Shown here: positions 10,483-22,367 of the stretch, in pieces
How positions within the stretch are numbered: position 1 is the stretch's first letter
How the letters are laid out: each line of letters opens with the position of its first letter
Assembly (NCBI GenBank): GCA_016191285.1
Contig: JACPPA010000033.1
Span: forward strand, 137,736 to 201,735
DNA: 64,000 nt
DNA from: Gammaproteobacteria bacterium
GTDB taxonomy: Bacteria > Pseudomonadota > Gammaproteobacteria > Ga0077536
Direction of reading: 5' to 3'
Made by a program: the position numbers and the translations under genes
Notes under the pieces: generated by a model
Databases searched by the model: none
Told to the model about the DNA's origin: nothing
The model's input: the letters and a program-made list of their open reading frames with translations, nothing else

Positions 10483-11054
10483 GCGCCGGATCCGAGCAAC
10501 GCCGCTACCGGTCGAAACGAGCGACGATGAACCACGCAGGGCCCATGCCGCGCAAGCGCCGCGACGTGGGCCTTGGTGGGATAGCCGCGATGTTGCGCAA
10601 ATCCATAACGCGGAAACTCCACATGCAAGGCATCCATGATGCGATCGCGGGTGACTTTGGCGAGAATCGACGCGGCGCTAATCACCGGCACCTTGGCGTC
10701 GCCCTTGACGATGGCTTCAGCGGTGCAAGGTAGCACGGGACAAACGTTACCATCGATAAGCGCGCGGTCGGGCGCGATTGCCAGCGCACGAACCGCACGT
10801 TGCATCGCGAGGAAAGTCGCGTGATAAATATTCACCTCGTCAATTTCAGCGACACTGGCGAGTCCAATGCCATACGCGAGCGCGTGTTTAATTATTTCTT
10901 CACACAGCACGGCGCGGCGCGCGGCGCCCAGCACCTTGGAATCGGCTAGGCCCACGATCCCATGGTGCGCCGGCAAAATCACGGCGGCGGCGACCACCGG
11001 TCCGGCTAACGGACCACGTCCTGCTTCGTCGACTCCGGCAATTAGCACGCGCAA
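10479..11054 (-). CDS. rnhB: ribonuclease HII
   Basis: [15 protein letters not shown] motif. 4-bp overlap with dnaE. Confidence 0.9.
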   Translation of the reverse strand: MRVLIAGVDEAGRGPLAGPVVAAAVILPAHHGIVGLADSKVLGAARRAVLCEEIIKHALAYGIGLASVAEIDEVNIYHATFLAMQRAVRALAIAPDRALIDGNVCPVLPCTAEAIVKGDAKVPVISAASILAKVTRDRIMDALHVEFPRYGFAQHRGYPTKAHVAALARHGPCVVHRRSFRPVAALLGSGA

Positions 11055-11276
11055 TTCCTAATAACAGCTTTAAATGGGAATCGAGGCCAAGGCGGATGTC
11101 GGGTGCGCGCTCCGCTCTTCCTCGCCGGCCCTCCCTGGCCGGCTCGTCGCTGTTCCGCGTGCGGCGCTATCCCTGCGCCGCACGCTCCACAATGACGCTA
11201 CGCACACACCCGACATCCGCCTCACATAGACTGTATTTACATGCATTGATATTGCGCGCCCTACTCCGGCGCTCAT

Positions 11277-12443
11277 TTAGTGATTGTAAGCCGCGTTCCG
11301 CGAAGATCGCGCGCGCACTAAATCAGCCAAGGCAGCGGCCGCCGCCTCCGCCGCATTATTACGAAGGAGATGATGTAACTCGAGACACGCCGTACGGCAG
11401 GCATCGCACGCGGCAGCGTCCGTCAGCCACGCGTGCAAGGCGGCGGCCAAGGCCGGGGCAGTCGCCGCTTCCTGTAATAATTCCGGCATCAACGGCCGGT
11501 TGGTTAGCAGGTTTGGCAATGCCACCCAGCGGGTTTTCACCAAACGGCGCAGAACCGCGAAGCTGAGCGCCGCCATGCGATAGGTCACGACTGTCGGCGT
11601 TTTAGTTAGGGCGGCTTCGAGAGTGACCGTGCCTGAGGCACATAAGGCGGTGTCGGCCGCGCTCAGCATCTCGATGCTGCGTCCCGTGACGATTTCAATT
11701 GGCAACCCGTCGGCAGCCCTCACGAGTGCCTGGCGCACGCGCGCGCCGGCTTGCGCATTGACGGCGCCGTACAAAAACTTCACGTGAGGCAACGTCTGCC
11801 GCAATACCCGCGCGGTCTGTAGAAACAAATCCTGATGATGCACATATTCCTGGCGTCGACTCCCGGGAAGCAACGCGACATAGATTCCTTTGCTATCGAG
11901 TCCCAAGGCCACCCGCGCCGTTATTCGATCGACGATCAAGGGCAGACGATCGGCCAGCGGATGCCCGACATAGGTCGCGTTAACGTTACGCGCCTGCAGA
12001 AAAGGCACTTCAAACGGAAATAACGCCAACACCAAATCGGTCGCGCGTCGAATGATCGCAACCCGCCCCTCACGCCACGCCCATACTTGTGGACACACGT
12101 AATGCGCAGTCAAGATCCTGGCCGCTTTGAGTCGAGCTTCGATATGAAGCACAAAATCCGGGACATCGATCCCGATAAAAAGATCCGGCGGCGACGCTAA
12201 AAAGTGGCTTATCAGGCGTTCGCGCAGTGCACGCAACCGGCGATAATGTTTAGCGACTTCCACAATGCCCATGACCGAGAGTTCGTCAGTCGTCGCCAAC
12301 GCGCGACAACCAAGTTCACGCATGCGTGGTCCGGCCATCCCCTCGAAAATCAAAGTTGGAAATCGGCGCCGTAGGGCAGCAATTAAATCAGCGCCTAATT
12401 GATCTCCCGACGCTTCGCCGGCAACGATCCCGATCCGTAGCAT
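11277..12443 (-). CDS. lpxB: lipid-A-disaccharide synthase
   Basis: N-terminus IGIVAGEASGD is LpxB-like. Position after lpxA. Confidence 0.9.
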   Translation of the reverse strand: MLRIGIVAGEASGDQLGADLIAALRRRFPTLIFEGMAGPRMRELGCRALATTDELSVMGIVEVAKHYRRLRALRERLISHFLASPPDLFIGIDVPDFVLHIEARLKAARILTAHYVCPQVWAWREGRVAIIRRATDLVLALFPFEVPFLQARNVNATYVGHPLADRLPLIVDRITARVALGLDSKGIYVALLPGSRRQEYVHHQDLFLQTARVLRQTLPHVKFLYGAVNAQAGARVRQALVRAADGLPIEIVTGRSIEMLSAADTALCASGTVTLEAALTKTPTVVTYRMAALSFAVLRRLVKTRWVALPNLLTNRPLMPELLQEAATAPALAAALHAWLTDAAACDACRTACLELHHLLRNNAAEAAAAALADLVRARSSRNAAYNH

Positions 12444-12452
12444 CGACCGAAG

Positions 12453-13238
12453 TCAGCTGGCACGGGACCGTACGATGCCGCGCTTGGTCGCGCGGACGAA
12501 ATCGACAAAGCGCCGAATTTCCGGATGCTCGTCGACCTGCGGCGCCAGCTCTTCAAGCGCCTTTTCAACGGTCAACCCTTGTCGATAAAGCGTTTTATAG
12601 GCGCGTTTTATCGCATCGATGGTCGCGATTGAAAACCCACGACGGCGCAAGCCTTCACGGTTTATCGCCCGTGCCCGGGCAGTATTGCCCTCCACCATTA
12701 CATACGGTGGCACATCTTTGACAATCACTGCGGCGATGGCCGCGAAACTACTTTCGCCGACGCGGCAAAATTGGTGGACGCCGGTGAAGCCAGCAAGGAT
12801 CGCGTAGTCGCCAATTTCGACATGCCCGGCAAGCGTGGCGTTATTCGCAAACACCGTGTGGTTGCCGACTTGGCAGTCGTGCGCGATATGACAATACGCC
12901 ATGAGCCAGTTGTCATCGCCGAGGCGGGTTACGCCACCGCCGCCCGGCGTTCCGCGATTGATGCTGCAGTATTCGCGAATGGTGTTCCGCTCGCCAATCT
13001 CGAGGCGCGTCACCGATTCGTCGGTAAACTTTTTGTCCTGCGGCGCCTCACCGATCGAGCAAAACGGATAGATGCGAGTCTGTGCGCCAATAACGGTAGG
13101 ACCTTTGATGACGCAGTGCGCGTCGATCCGTACGCCGGACCTAAGTTCTACTTGCTCGTCGATAATCGTCCACGGACCGACCTCAACGTCGGACGCCACC
13201 ACCGCGCGCGGATGAATCCGCGCCGATGGGTCAATCAT
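12453..13238 (-). CDS. lpxA: acyl-ACP--UDP-GlcNAc O-acyltransferase
   Basis: Hexapeptide-repeat protein with IDPSARIHP start. Synteny. Confidence 0.9.
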   Translation of the reverse strand: MIDPSARIHPRAVVASDVEVGPWTIIDEQVELRSGVRIDAHCVIKGPTVIGAQTRIYPFCSIGEAPQDKKFTDESVTRLEIGERNTIREYCSINRGTPGGGGVTRLGDDNWLMAYCHIAHDCQVGNHTVFANNATLAGHVEIGDYAILAGFTGVHQFCRVGESSFAAIAAVIVKDVPPYVMVEGNTARARAINREGLRRRGFSIATIDAIKRAYKTLYRQGLTVEKALEELAPQVDEHPEIRRFVDFVRATKRGIVRSRAS

Positions 13239-13684
13239 GAACGGCGCCCCATTTCGGTGGTCATGAATTGGGCGCTAGAAACTAAATCGTCACCGACGTG
13301 GGCAGTCGCTTCGAACTTATAAACACCGCGCAGACAACGTTTCAAGTACGCAGTCAGCCGGAGTTGATCGCCGGGTTCGACCGGCCGCTTGAAGCGCGCC
13401 TTATCGACGCCAACCAGGTAATACATACTTTGGCTATTCGATTGCGCGTTGTGCGAATGAAAGGCCAGTAGGCCCGTCGCCTGCGCCATCGATTCGAGAA
13501 TCAAGACCCCTGGCATGATGGGCTTGTCGGGGAAATGTCCCTGAAAAAACGGCTCTGTGATCGTGACGTTCTTAATCGCGGTGAGTTCTTTAAACGGAAT
13601 GCACGAAATGACGCGATCGATCAACAAGAACGGGTAGCGGTGCGGGAGCATCTTCAAGATGTCTCTGATTTCGATCTCAGCCAT
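13235..13684 (-). CDS. fabZ: 3-hydroxyacyl-ACP dehydratase
   Basis: [13 protein letters not shown] hot-dog motif. Overlaps lpxA by 4 bp. Confidence 0.9.
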   Translation of the reverse strand: MAEIEIRDILKMLPHRYPFLLIDRVISCIPFKELTAIKNVTITEPFFQGHFPDKPIMPGVLILESMAQATGLLAFHSHNAQSNSQSMYYLVGVDKARFKRPVEPGDQLRLTAYLKRCLRGVYKFEATAHVGDDLVSSAQFMTTEMGRRS

Positions 13685-13983
13685 TGTGCCCCCGTTTTTC
13701 CAACTGGTGCGCGCGCCAAATCATGACTGATTTGCGATCTCGCGCCACTTACCATATTCGCCTAGCGGGTGACGGACGCGGAATCACTTCGGCGACGCGG
13801 AATAACGGACATCCTAACTCGGCGCCGCCGAGCTAGGTTCGCCCGCTCAAATTAAAAGGTTGACCGAGGCCGGCGACCGCCGTGCGGCTGAGCGCCCAAG
13901 TTAATTCCCGCCCGCGACTTCGCCGCATTGAGAATGCGGCATCGTTGGTAAGCTCGAAACGAGTTCAACCAGTCCATGCCGTA

Positions 13984-14502
13984 TTAATGCGCACCTTTCT
14001 TCAAGCGCTCGATGACTTGGTCCGTGACGTCGACTGCCTTACTGGCGAAAATGACCCCTTCACCCAGGACGATATCGAATTTTTGTTCAGCGGCAAGTTG
14101 TTGGATGGCTTCTACAATCAACTTTTGGATTTTGCCGAACTCCTCGTTGCGTCGAAAATTCACGTCTTCCCGGAACTCATCGGAAGTCCGCTTAAGATCA
14201 CGACGCTTATTTAGCACTTCACGTTCCAGACGTGAGCGCTCGGTCTCACTCATGATCGCGCCGTCCTTGGCCATGCGATCCTCCATGGTTTTGAGCGCTT
14301 TCTGATCGGCGAGCAATTGCTTATCGCGCGCGGAGAATTCTGTTTCGAGTTTCTTTTTCGCGACTTCGGCCTGCGGCGCGGCTTCGAGGACGCGAACGGC
14401 CTGCACTACCCCGATCTTATAATCGCCGGCTTGCGCGGCGGCGTTTAAGGCCAGCCCCCCAGCCAATCCTAAAACCAATTGTCTAATGCTCAACATATTC
14501 AC
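13984..14502 (-). CDS. skp: periplasmic chaperone Skp/OmpH
   Basis: Signal peptide, coiled-coil-rich 172 aa protein directly downstream of bamA. Confidence 0.8.
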   Translation of the reverse strand: MNMLSIRQLVLGLAGGLALNAAAQAGDYKIGVVQAVRVLEAAPQAEVAKKKLETEFSARDKQLLADQKALKTMEDRMAKDGAIMSETERSRLEREVLNKRRDLKRTSDEFREDVNFRRNEEFGKIQKLIVEAIQQLAAEQKFDIVLGEGVIFASKAVDVTDQVIERLKKGAH

Positions 14503-14560
14503 GATTTACTCCAACGGTATTGATTCATAAGCCGAGAACCCACTGGCCCACTGAGGCTGT

Positions 14561-16852
14561 TCAGAACGTCGTTCCAAACGTGAATTGGAACTTCTGAATC
14601 CTATCGCCCGACTGATAGTGGAACGGCTGCGCGATACTAATCGAAAGCATGCCAAACGGCGAGAGCCAGACGCCGGAGAAACCGGCAGCCATGCGCAATT
14701 TGGCCACCCTGAAGCTTTCGTCGGTCGCGTAGACGTTACCGACGTCATAAAACGCCGTGACCCGCACCGATTTGATTTCGCGCAGGAACGGCACTGGCAG
14801 AATCATTTCCGCGTTACCCACGAGAAGGATGTTGCCACCCAGCGCCTGATTGAACTGGTCTTGTGGACCCAGCGAATTTTCCTTATAGCCACGGACCGTG
14901 CGCGGGCCACCGCCGTAGAAATTCTCGAAGAACGGCAACTCGAAGGTACTGCCGTATGAATCGCCATAGCCAACGCGGCCCTTTAACAGAAACACGTAAT
15001 CGTGACCGAGCGGAATGAAGTACCGCGAGTCGTAATCCAATTTATAGAAATTCAGGCTGCCAACGGGTGCGGCGATCTCGGCCCGGAGCGTTTGCAGCAT
15101 CCCTTCGGTCGGAAACAAGGTTGAATTGCGAGTGTCGTATGAGTAGGAACCCGTCAGGCGAACGAGGTCGAAGTTATTCCCTTCGAGCACGATAAATCGG
15201 AACACCTGAGGGGCAAGGAATAACGGGTTAATACCAATACGAGTCTTCTCGTAACTGGCGCCAAACGATACGTAGTTGTACTCGGAGATTGGAATGCCAA
15301 AATTCACGCCAGTCGATATTACTTTCGAATTAAACTGTGTGATGTTGCCGCTTCCCGCGTTCGTTTCCTGATAACCAATGTTGAAGCCACGGCTGACTCC
15401 GTCGATGGTCCAATACGGATTTAAATAGCCCAGACGGAACGTACGATTAATATCGCTGTTGTTGAACGCAAAGCTGAGACTGCGCCCGCTACCGAGAAAA
15501 TTGTCCTGCGTAATGTTGGTATTAAAAATAATGCCTTGGGTTTGCGAATAGCCGAGGCCCAACAATAGGTTTCCGGACGGCCGCTCTTTCACGGTGTAAT
15601 TAATATCGACTTGATCGGTGGTCCCCGGTACCGCGGGCGTCTCGACATTGACTTCCTCGAAGTAGCCTAAGCGTTGTAGACGAACTTTTGAACGCTCGAC
15701 ATTCTTGGTTGAAATCCAGCCGCCTTCGAGTTGCCGCATTTCGCGGCGCAGTACTTCGTCGCGGGTTTTGGCGTTACCATTGAAACTGATCCGCCGCACA
15801 TACGTGCGCTGTCCCGGATCGACAAAATAGGTCAACGCCACCGTTTTATTGGCTTGGTTCAATTTCGGAATGGCATTAACGTTGGCGAAGGCATAGCCTT
15901 CGTCGCCCAGGCGGTCGGTGATATTTTTCGTCGTCTGTGTGACCTCCTTGCGCGAAAACATCATGCCCTTACGGGTCGTGACGCGGTCGAAGAGTTCCTT
16001 TTCGTCGACGATGAGCTTGCCAGCCAGTTTGACTTCAGCAATAGAAAATTGTTGACCCTCCGCGATATTGATCGTGACATAGACGTCCGCTTTATCCGGC
16101 GTAATCGAGACCTGAGTGGACTCTACGTGGAAATCGACAAAGCCATTGTCCTGATACTTCGAGCGCAGCGTCTCCAAATCACCTGATAGCTTTTGTTTCG
16201 AATATTGATCGTCCTTGCTGAACCAGCTGGTCCAAGTCGGGGTGGTCAGCTTGAAATCTTTTAGAAGTTCGTGGTCATCGAAGGTCTCGTTACCGATGAT
16301 GTTGATTTCCTTGATCCGCGCTGCTTCACCTTCAGTGATCTTGAAATGGATGGTCAGCGTATTGTCATCAAGCGGGGTAATTGTCGGCTCGATTTTTACT
16401 CCGTATTTACCGTTCGAAAAATACTGCCGCCGAAGCTCCTGAACCACCTTGTCCATCTTCGATTCGTTATAGACCTCGCCTTTGGCGAATCCGGCTTCAC
16501 CCAAGCCTTTTTCGAGATCTTCAGTCTTGATGGCCTTATTACCCTCGAAGGTGATATCCGCAATCGATTCGCGTTCCACCACTTTCACGACGAGCACGTC
16601 GCCATCGCGGTCTAAACGAACGTCCTTGAAGAAGCCAGTTTTAAATAACGCGCGCACGGCGGTTTGCGTACGCTTTTCGTCGATTTTGTCGCCGACGGTA
16701 ATAGGTAGGTAGTTAAAGACCGTACCCGGAGAGATCCGGGATAGGCCTTCAACCTTTATGTCGTCGACGATAAAGTCGTCGGCGACGGCGACATGGATGG
16801 TTAGCGCAAGCGCAAGCCCCGTACACCATCGAGAGGCTATGGATAACACCAT
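14561..16852 (-). CDS. bamA: outer membrane protein assembly factor BamA
   Basis: 763 aa with POTRA repeats and a C-terminal beta-barrel ending in ...QFTFGTTF. Confidence 0.9.
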   Translation of the reverse strand: MVLSIASRWCTGLALALTIHVAVADDFIVDDIKVEGLSRISPGTVFNYLPITVGDKIDEKRTQTAVRALFKTGFFKDVRLDRDGDVLVVKVVERESIADITFEGNKAIKTEDLEKGLGEAGFAKGEVYNESKMDKVVQELRRQYFSNGKYGVKIEPTITPLDDNTLTIHFKITEGEAARIKEINIIGNETFDDHELLKDFKLTTPTWTSWFSKDDQYSKQKLSGDLETLRSKYQDNGFVDFHVESTQVSITPDKADVYVTINIAEGQQFSIAEVKLAGKLIVDEKELFDRVTTRKGMMFSRKEVTQTTKNITDRLGDEGYAFANVNAIPKLNQANKTVALTYFVDPGQRTYVRRISFNGNAKTRDEVLRREMRQLEGGWISTKNVERSKVRLQRLGYFEEVNVETPAVPGTTDQVDINYTVKERPSGNLLLGLGYSQTQGIIFNTNITQDNFLGSGRSLSFAFNNSDINRTFRLGYLNPYWTIDGVSRGFNIGYQETNAGSGNITQFNSKVISTGVNFGIPISEYNYVSFGASYEKTRIGINPLFLAPQVFRFIVLEGNNFDLVRLTGSYSYDTRNSTLFPTEGMLQTLRAEIAAPVGSLNFYKLDYDSRYFIPLGHDYVFLLKGRVGYGDSYGSTFELPFFENFYGGGPRTVRGYKENSLGPQDQFNQALGGNILLVGNAEMILPVPFLREIKSVRVTAFYDVGNVYATDESFRVAKLRMAAGFSGVWLSPFGMLSISIAQPFHYQSGDRIQKFQFTFGTTF

Positions 16853-16880
16853 TGAGAATTTTTTTTGTTTCGTTCCAGCG

Positions 16881-18245
16881 TTAAAAAATGCGCATCAGAT
16901 CGTTATATAAAGCCAAGCCCATCAAGCTCAGCAGTAGCACCAAACCGATCTGTTGTCCGTAGAATTGAATAATGTCCGGGACCGGCCTACGGGTAACCGA
17001 TTCTATCAGGTAATAAACTAAGTGTCCGCCATCCAGCAATGGAATCGGCAACAGATTTAGCACGCCCAAGCTAACGCTAACCAAGCCCAAAAATTCAAGG
17101 AAGCGCGAAGCTCCAAGTTTCGCGGATTCGCCAGCGAATTGCGCGATGCTGAGGGGCCCGCTGAGATTATCGAGTGACGCCTGACCGACCACGATCTGGC
17201 GCAAAAATTTAAACGTCGTCAGCGCCACCTCAAGCGTTCGATCGGCGCCGTGTGCGGCAGCGCTCACGAGATCGTAGCGTTCGATCGCGGTCGGCACGGC
17301 GGCGGTCGCCGGTGGCGGTGCGACCTCGGCGCCGATACGCCCCACCAGCTTCCCGCCGTCGCTACTACCATGGGGAGTAACGCGCATCACTTCATCACGT
17401 CCGTTGCGCGTAACGGTGATCGCGAGTGCGCGGCCAGGACTGGCGCGAACGCGGTCGACCCACGTTAGCCAATCGTCCACGGCGACTCCGTCAACCGCGA
17501 CGATCAAATCGTCAGCGCGCAATCCGGCTGCGGCCGCCGCTTCACCGGGCAGCACCTTGCCGAGACGCGGTGGAATTTTCGGTCGCAGCGGTTGCAGCCC
17601 TAACTTGGCGAAAAATTCACCACGGGTTAGATCGTCGACCGATAGGCCAGCGAAATCGAGGCGCACATCGCGCTCGGTTGCGTCGACCGTCCGCACGCGC
17701 AAATCAAGACTATGCTGATCGAGAATCGCGGTCACCGCGCGGTTCAGCACATTGTCCCAGATCGCAGTCGCAGCCCCATTGACCGCGATGATTTCGTCGC
17801 CCTGCCGCAAGCCGGCCTGATGCGCCAAACCGTGCTCGTCAACCGCGCCGAGGATCGGCCGCGGGCCGGTGACGCCGGCAGCATAACTTAAGGTGTAGAC
17901 GATGAATGCCAGCAGAAAATTGGCGAGCGGGCCGGCGCTGACGATTGCCGCGCGCACCGCGAGCGACTGTCGATTAAAGGCGCGCCCCACTTCGTTGGCC
18001 GCGACTTCGCCTTCGCGTTCATCGAGCATCTTCACGAAGCCGCCCAGCGGCACTACGGCAAGCACGAATTCGGTGTTATCCGCGCCGTAGCGTCGCAGCC
18101 ATAGCGGCCGACCGAAGCCGACCGAGAAGCGTAGAATTTTTACGCCGAGCTTGTGCGCCACCCAATAATGGCCGAACTCATGGAACGTCACGAGGATCCC
18201 GAGCGCCAAAATAAAAGCGATAACGGTCTGCAGAATTTCAATCAT
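16881..18245 (-). CDS. rseP: RIP zinc metalloprotease RseP
   Basis: HEFGHY zinc motif, PDZ domains, canonical position. Confidence 0.9.
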   Translation of the reverse strand: MIEILQTVIAFILALGILVTFHEFGHYWVAHKLGVKILRFSVGFGRPLWLRRYGADNTEFVLAVVPLGGFVKMLDEREGEVAANEVGRAFNRQSLAVRAAIVSAGPLANFLLAFIVYTLSYAAGVTGPRPILGAVDEHGLAHQAGLRQGDEIIAVNGAATAIWDNVLNRAVTAILDQHSLDLRVRTVDATERDVRLDFAGLSVDDLTRGEFFAKLGLQPLRPKIPPRLGKVLPGEAAAAAGLRADDLIVAVDGVAVDDWLTWVDRVRASPGRALAITVTRNGRDEVMRVTPHGSSDGGKLVGRIGAEVAPPPATAAVPTAIERYDLVSAAAHGADRTLEVALTTFKFLRQIVVGQASLDNLSGPLSIAQFAGESAKLGASRFLEFLGLVSVSLGVLNLLPIPLLDGGHLVYYLIESVTRRPVPDIIQFYGQQIGLVLLLSLMGLALYNDLMRIF

Positions 18246-19429
18246 GCGATTACGCGCTGCATCGCGCGCTGGGCGAAGCGTCGTGCGCGCCGATCATCGT
18301 CTAACACAACCTCGAGATCCCGCGCCGGCCGCGACGCGACCTGTTGCAACGTTTCTTCAACCACTGCCGCGATCTGGGGAAAACTAATCCGTTCGGCCAA
18401 GAATGCGGCGACCGCTTCTTCGTTCGCTGCGTTCAAAATGGCGGCCGCCGTGCCGCCCGACTTTAGGGCCTCGCGCGCGAGCCGCAGACTCGGGAAGCGC
18501 CGCGGGTCGGGTTCCTCGAATTCAAGTTTTCGTACGTCGAACAAATTCAAACTCGATACGCCGGATTCGATCCGCCGCGGCCACGCCAGCGCATGTGCAA
18601 TTGGCGTGCGCATATCGGGGTTTCCCATCTGTGCGAGCACCGAGCCGTCAAGATATTCGACCATGGAATGAATCACGCTTTGCGGATGAACGACGACTTC
18701 AATGCGGTCCTGCGTAGTCCCGAACAACCAGCACGCCTCGATGATCTCCAGCCCCTTATTCATCATCGTCGCAGAGTCGACCGAGATTTTCCGCCCCATG
18801 ACCCATTTCGGATGCGCACAGGCTTGATCGGGTGTGACTGTATGCAGGTCAGCAAGTTCACGGGTGCGGAAGGGACCACCCGAAGCCGTCAGCAAAATAC
18901 GTTTGACGCCGACCGTGTCTAAGCCGGCGCCAAAGTCGGGGGGCATGCATTGGAAGATCGCATTGTGTTCGCTGTCGATCGGAAGCAATTCGGCGCCGTG
19001 TGCTTTCACGGTATCCATGAATAGCTGACCCGACATCACCAGCGATTCTTTGTTCGCGAGCATGACGCGCTTGCCGCCGCGGGCCGCCGCCAGATTGGCT
19101 TGCAGACCGGCCGCGCCGACGATTCCGGCCATCACATACTGGGTCCCGGCAGCGCCGGCGACTTCGATTAAACCCGCTTCACCGGATAAGACTTCGGTCG
19201 TGATCCGTTCCGCGCGCAAGGCCGTGCGCAGGCGCGCTGCGGCACTCGCGTCTACCATCACCGCATGCGCCGGCCGCCACGCGCGACATTGCGCGAGTAG
19301 CGCGTCGACATTTTGATTAGCAGTTAATGCCGTGACCTTAAACCGGTCCGACTGACGCGCAATGACATCGAGCGTATTAACGCCGATGGTGCCGGTCGAT
19401 CCGAGTATCGCGATTCCAATCACTACCAT
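18242..19429 (-). CDS. dxr: 1-deoxy-D-xylulose-5-phosphate reductoisomerase
   Basis: N-terminal GSTGSIG-type NADPH motif (ILGSTGTIG). Confidence 0.9.
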   Translation of the reverse strand: MVVIGIAILGSTGTIGVNTLDVIARQSDRFKVTALTANQNVDALLAQCRAWRPAHAVMVDASAAARLRTALRAERITTEVLSGEAGLIEVAGAAGTQYVMAGIVGAAGLQANLAAARGGKRVMLANKESLVMSGQLFMDTVKAHGAELLPIDSEHNAIFQCMPPDFGAGLDTVGVKRILLTASGGPFRTRELADLHTVTPDQACAHPKWVMGRKISVDSATMMNKGLEIIEACWLFGTTQDRIEVVVHPQSVIHSMVEYLDGSVLAQMGNPDMRTPIAHALAWPRRIESGVSSLNLFDVRKLEFEEPDPRRFPSLRLAREALKSGGTAAAILNAANEEAVAAFLAERISFPQIAAVVEETLQQVASRPARDLEVVLDDDRRARRFAQRAMQRVIA

Positions 19430-20253
19430 CGCACCATTGTTACGATTGCTGTTGCGTAAATCGGCGAGGCGGCGAGTAAGGCATCAATGCGATCGAGTAC
19501 ACCGCCATGCCCCGGTAATAGGTTGCTGCTATCTTTGAAGCCCCCGCGCCGCTTGATCAAACTTTCAAAAAGATCGCCGACAATCGACGCCGCGACGACC
19601 ACGATCGAGAAAAGCGCGACGCCAATTACCGCGCGCCATGTGCCGCTGCCCTGCGCGACAGCCAGACCGCTCCCAATGACCGGCGCCGCCGCGAGGCCCG
19701 CCGCGACTCCTTCCCACGTTTTGCCAGGACTGATCCGATCGGCGAGGCGACGACGACCCCACTTCCGTCCCGCGAAAAACGCCGCCGAGTCGGCCCCCCA
19801 CACTAGCACCAGTCCGCCAAGCGCGAGGATTCGACTGGTCTCGTGCAGCCAAACGATGGCCCAGAACGCCGGCAGCAGCACGAGCCATCCTAGCATAGCC
19901 ATGATCCAGGGCCGGTCCCGCGGTAGCAGATCGCGGCCGCGTTGCGCCATGACGACCACGCCGGCCGCGCATACCCACCAACCACTCGCGACGGCCAAGA
20001 TAATGACACGCACCGTCGGACCGGTAACGCCCACGATCAAACTCAGCGCGACACCCACCGTCGCGGCCGCATAAAAATAACGCCACGCGCCGTGGCTAGC
20101 ATTCAAGCGGGCCCACTCCCACGCCGCGATCGCCAAAAAGAACAGGCACAACGCACGCAAATACACGGGCGGCGCCCAGCCAATGAGGCCAACGACGAGC
20201 GAGATCAACACCACCGCCGTGACGACTCGGGCAGCGAGCGTCGAACTCATCAC
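19423..20253 (-). CDS. cdsA: phosphatidate cytidylyltransferase
   Basis: Polytopic membrane protein in the uppS-cdsA-dxr synteny. C-terminal CTP-transferase signature. Confidence 0.85.
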   Translation of the reverse strand: MMSSTLAARVVTAVVLISLVVGLIGWAPPVYLRALCLFFLAIAAWEWARLNASHGAWRYFYAAATVGVALSLIVGVTGPTVRVIILAVASGWWVCAAGVVVMAQRGRDLLPRDRPWIMAMLGWLVLLPAFWAIVWLHETSRILALGGLVLVWGADSAAFFAGRKWGRRRLADRISPGKTWEGVAAGLAAAPVIGSGLAVAQGSGTWRAVIGVALFSIVVVAASIVGDLFESLIKRRGGFKDSSNLLPGHGGVLDRIDALLAASPIYATAIVTMVRW

Positions 20254-20296
20254 GGGGTGATGGCTGACGTAAATGTGCGGCGCGGCAGACGTTGCT

Positions 20297-21046
20297 TTAG
20301 CCGACGCCGGTAGCCGCTTCGGAGGCAGCTTCGATTTGCTCCCCGGTCATTCCAAACCGCCGCTGGCGACGCGTGTAGCTCGCTAATGCTTCTTCGTACT
20401 GCGCGCGATCGAAATCCGGCCACAAGCAATTCGTGAAATAGAGTTCGGTGTAGGCCAACTGCCACAACAGGAAGTTGCTGATGCGTTGCTCACCTCCCGA
20501 ACGAATAAAAAGATCCGGCTCCGGCACGTCACGCAGCATTAGCTGATTACCGAGCATCTCGACCGTGATGTCCGCCGGCTGCAAGCGCCCGGCAGCGACT
20601 TCCTCGGCAAGTCGGCGGGTCGCTTCGGTGACGTCCCAGCGGCCGCCATAATTCGCGGCGATGATAAGGGTGAGTGCCTGATTGCCGGCGGTGAGGGCTT
20701 CGGCGGCGGCTATGCTCCTACGCAGCTTCGCCGGAAATCCGACGCGATCGCCGACGACTCGTAGACACACTCCATTCTCGTGCAGGCGTTCGGCCTCCTG
20801 CTCGAGCGCCATGACGAAGAGATCCATGAGGAGTCGGACTTCGACCGGCGGACGCCGCCAGTTTTCGCTGCTGAAGGCGAACAAGGTCAGCACTTCGATG
20901 CCAAGCTCGGCCGAGTGCTTGACTATGGCGCGGACATTTTCGACTCCAGCCCGATGGCCCGCGATCCGCGGCAGGCTGCGTTTGCTCGCCCACCGCCCAT
21001 TCCCATCCATGATGATCGCCACGTGTCGCGGTAGATCGCTGGTCAT
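20297..21046 (-). CDS. uppS: undecaprenyl diphosphate synthase
   Basis: HVAIIMDGNGRWA motif. Confidence 0.9.
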   Translation of the reverse strand: MTSDLPRHVAIIMDGNGRWASKRSLPRIAGHRAGVENVRAIVKHSAELGIEVLTLFAFSSENWRRPPVEVRLLMDLFVMALEQEAERLHENGVCLRVVGDRVGFPAKLRRSIAAAEALTAGNQALTLIIAANYGGRWDVTEATRRLAEEVAAGRLQPADITVEMLGNQLMLRDVPEPDLFIRSGGEQRISNFLLWQLAYTELYFTNCLWPDFDRAQYEEALASYTRRQRRFGMTGEQIEAASEAATGVG

Positions 21047-21065
21047 CTGGAGCTCCGGAAACTGT

Positions 21066-21623
21066 TTATACCGCGAGTATTTCGTGTTCTTTGGCGACGA
21101 CTAATTCGTCGACTTTCCTGACGTGCGCGTCAGTGAGTTTCTGCACGTCGTCCTCGCCTTTCCGTTCTTGGTCTTCGGCGATTTCTTTTTCTTTTAGCAG
21201 TTCCTTGAGATCGCTCATCGCATCACGCCGAATGTTACGCACCGCAACCTTGGCCTGCTCTGCTTCCGCCTTGACCACTTTTACCAGTTCGCGGCGCCGT
21301 TCCTCGGTCAGTGGTGGAATCGGAATGCGAATGACGGTACCCGCCGTATTGGGATTGAGGCCTAAGTCAGATTCCATGATCGCGCGCTCAATCGCGTTGA
21401 CCATGGTCTTATCCCATGCCGTAACCGTTAACGTGCGTGAATCCTCAATCGCCACGTTCGCGGCGCGACCGATGGGGGTGCTAGTGCCGTAGTAATCGAC
21501 CGCGATGTGATCGAGAAGACTGGGGTGCGCGCGCCCGGTTCGAATTTTGGCCAATTCCAGCTTGAACGTATCCAACGTCTTTTGCATGCGAGCCTGGGCG
21601 TCTTTAAGAATATCTTGCAACAT
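21066..21623 (-). CDS. frr: ribosome recycling factor
   Basis: 185 aa with Frr-like sequence. Synteny. Confidence 0.9.
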   Translation of the reverse strand: MLQDILKDAQARMQKTLDTFKLELAKIRTGRAHPSLLDHIAVDYYGTSTPIGRAANVAIEDSRTLTVTAWDKTMVNAIERAIMESDLGLNPNTAGTVIRIPIPPLTEERRRELVKVVKAEAEQAKVAVRNIRRDAMSDLKELLKEKEIAEDQERKGEDDVQKLTDAHVRKVDELVVAKEHEILAV

Positions 21624-21627
21624 GGTG

Positions 21628-22362
21628 TTAGCCCGCCGTAACTAAAGTCCCCACATTTTCACCCAACGCCGCCCGCACAAAAGCGCCGGGCTGATTCATA
21701 TTTACCACGCGGAGCGGCATCCGATTATCACGACACAGCACCACCGCGGTGGCATCCATGACCGCCAGCTTCCGCGTCAGCACTTCATCATAGTCTAAAA
21801 CATCGAAGCGCTCGGCGTCGGGAAACTTAGCCGGATCCGCCGAGTAGACCCCATCGACCTTAGTGGCTTTTATCATGAGATCGGCGTTGATTTCGATGGC
21901 GCGCAGACTGGCCGCGGAATCGGTCGTAAAAAAAGGATTACCAATGCCCGCGGCGAGAATGACCACGCGGTTTTTTTCCAGATGACGGATCGCGCGCCGG
22001 CGAATATAGTCCTCGCACACCTCATTGATTTTGATCGCGGACATGACCCGCGCGTACATCCCGCGACGCTCGAGCGCATCCTGAATCGCGAGCGCATTAA
22101 TAACGGTCGCCAGCATCCCCATTTGATCGGCCGAAACCCGATCCATGCCCTTCGCCGCAAGACCGGCGCCACGAAAGATGTTGCCCCCGCCAACGACGAT
22201 CGCTACTTGCACGCCGGTGCTCGCGAGTTCGTCGATTTCGGCTGCGATCCGGTCGAGCACGACCGGATCGACGCCATATTCTTCTTGCCCCAGCAGCGCT
22301 TCGCCGCTGAGCTTGATCAGCACGCGGCGGTAGTGTGGAGTTAGCGCAGTGGCGCCGCTCAT
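21628..22362 (-). CDS. pyrH: UMP kinase
   Basis: KLSGEAL motif. Synteny. Confidence 0.9.
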   Translation of the reverse strand: MSGATALTPHYRRVLIKLSGEALLGQEEYGVDPVVLDRIAAEIDELASTGVQVAIVVGGGNIFRGAGLAAKGMDRVSADQMGMLATVINALAIQDALERRGMYARVMSAIKINEVCEDYIRRRAIRHLEKNRVVILAAGIGNPFFTTDSAASLRAIEINADLMIKATKVDGVYSADPAKFPDAERFDVLDYDEVLTRKLAVMDATAVVLCRDNRMPLRVVNMNQPGAFVRAALGENVGTLVTAG

Positions 22363-22367
22363 CGAGA

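Noticed and set aside
13882-14305. Plus-strand ORFs 13882-14214 and 14012-14305 near the missing lpxD slot
   Set aside because: They overlap skp on the opposite strand and show no similarity to LpxD hexapeptide repeats. They are not a remnant of lpxD.
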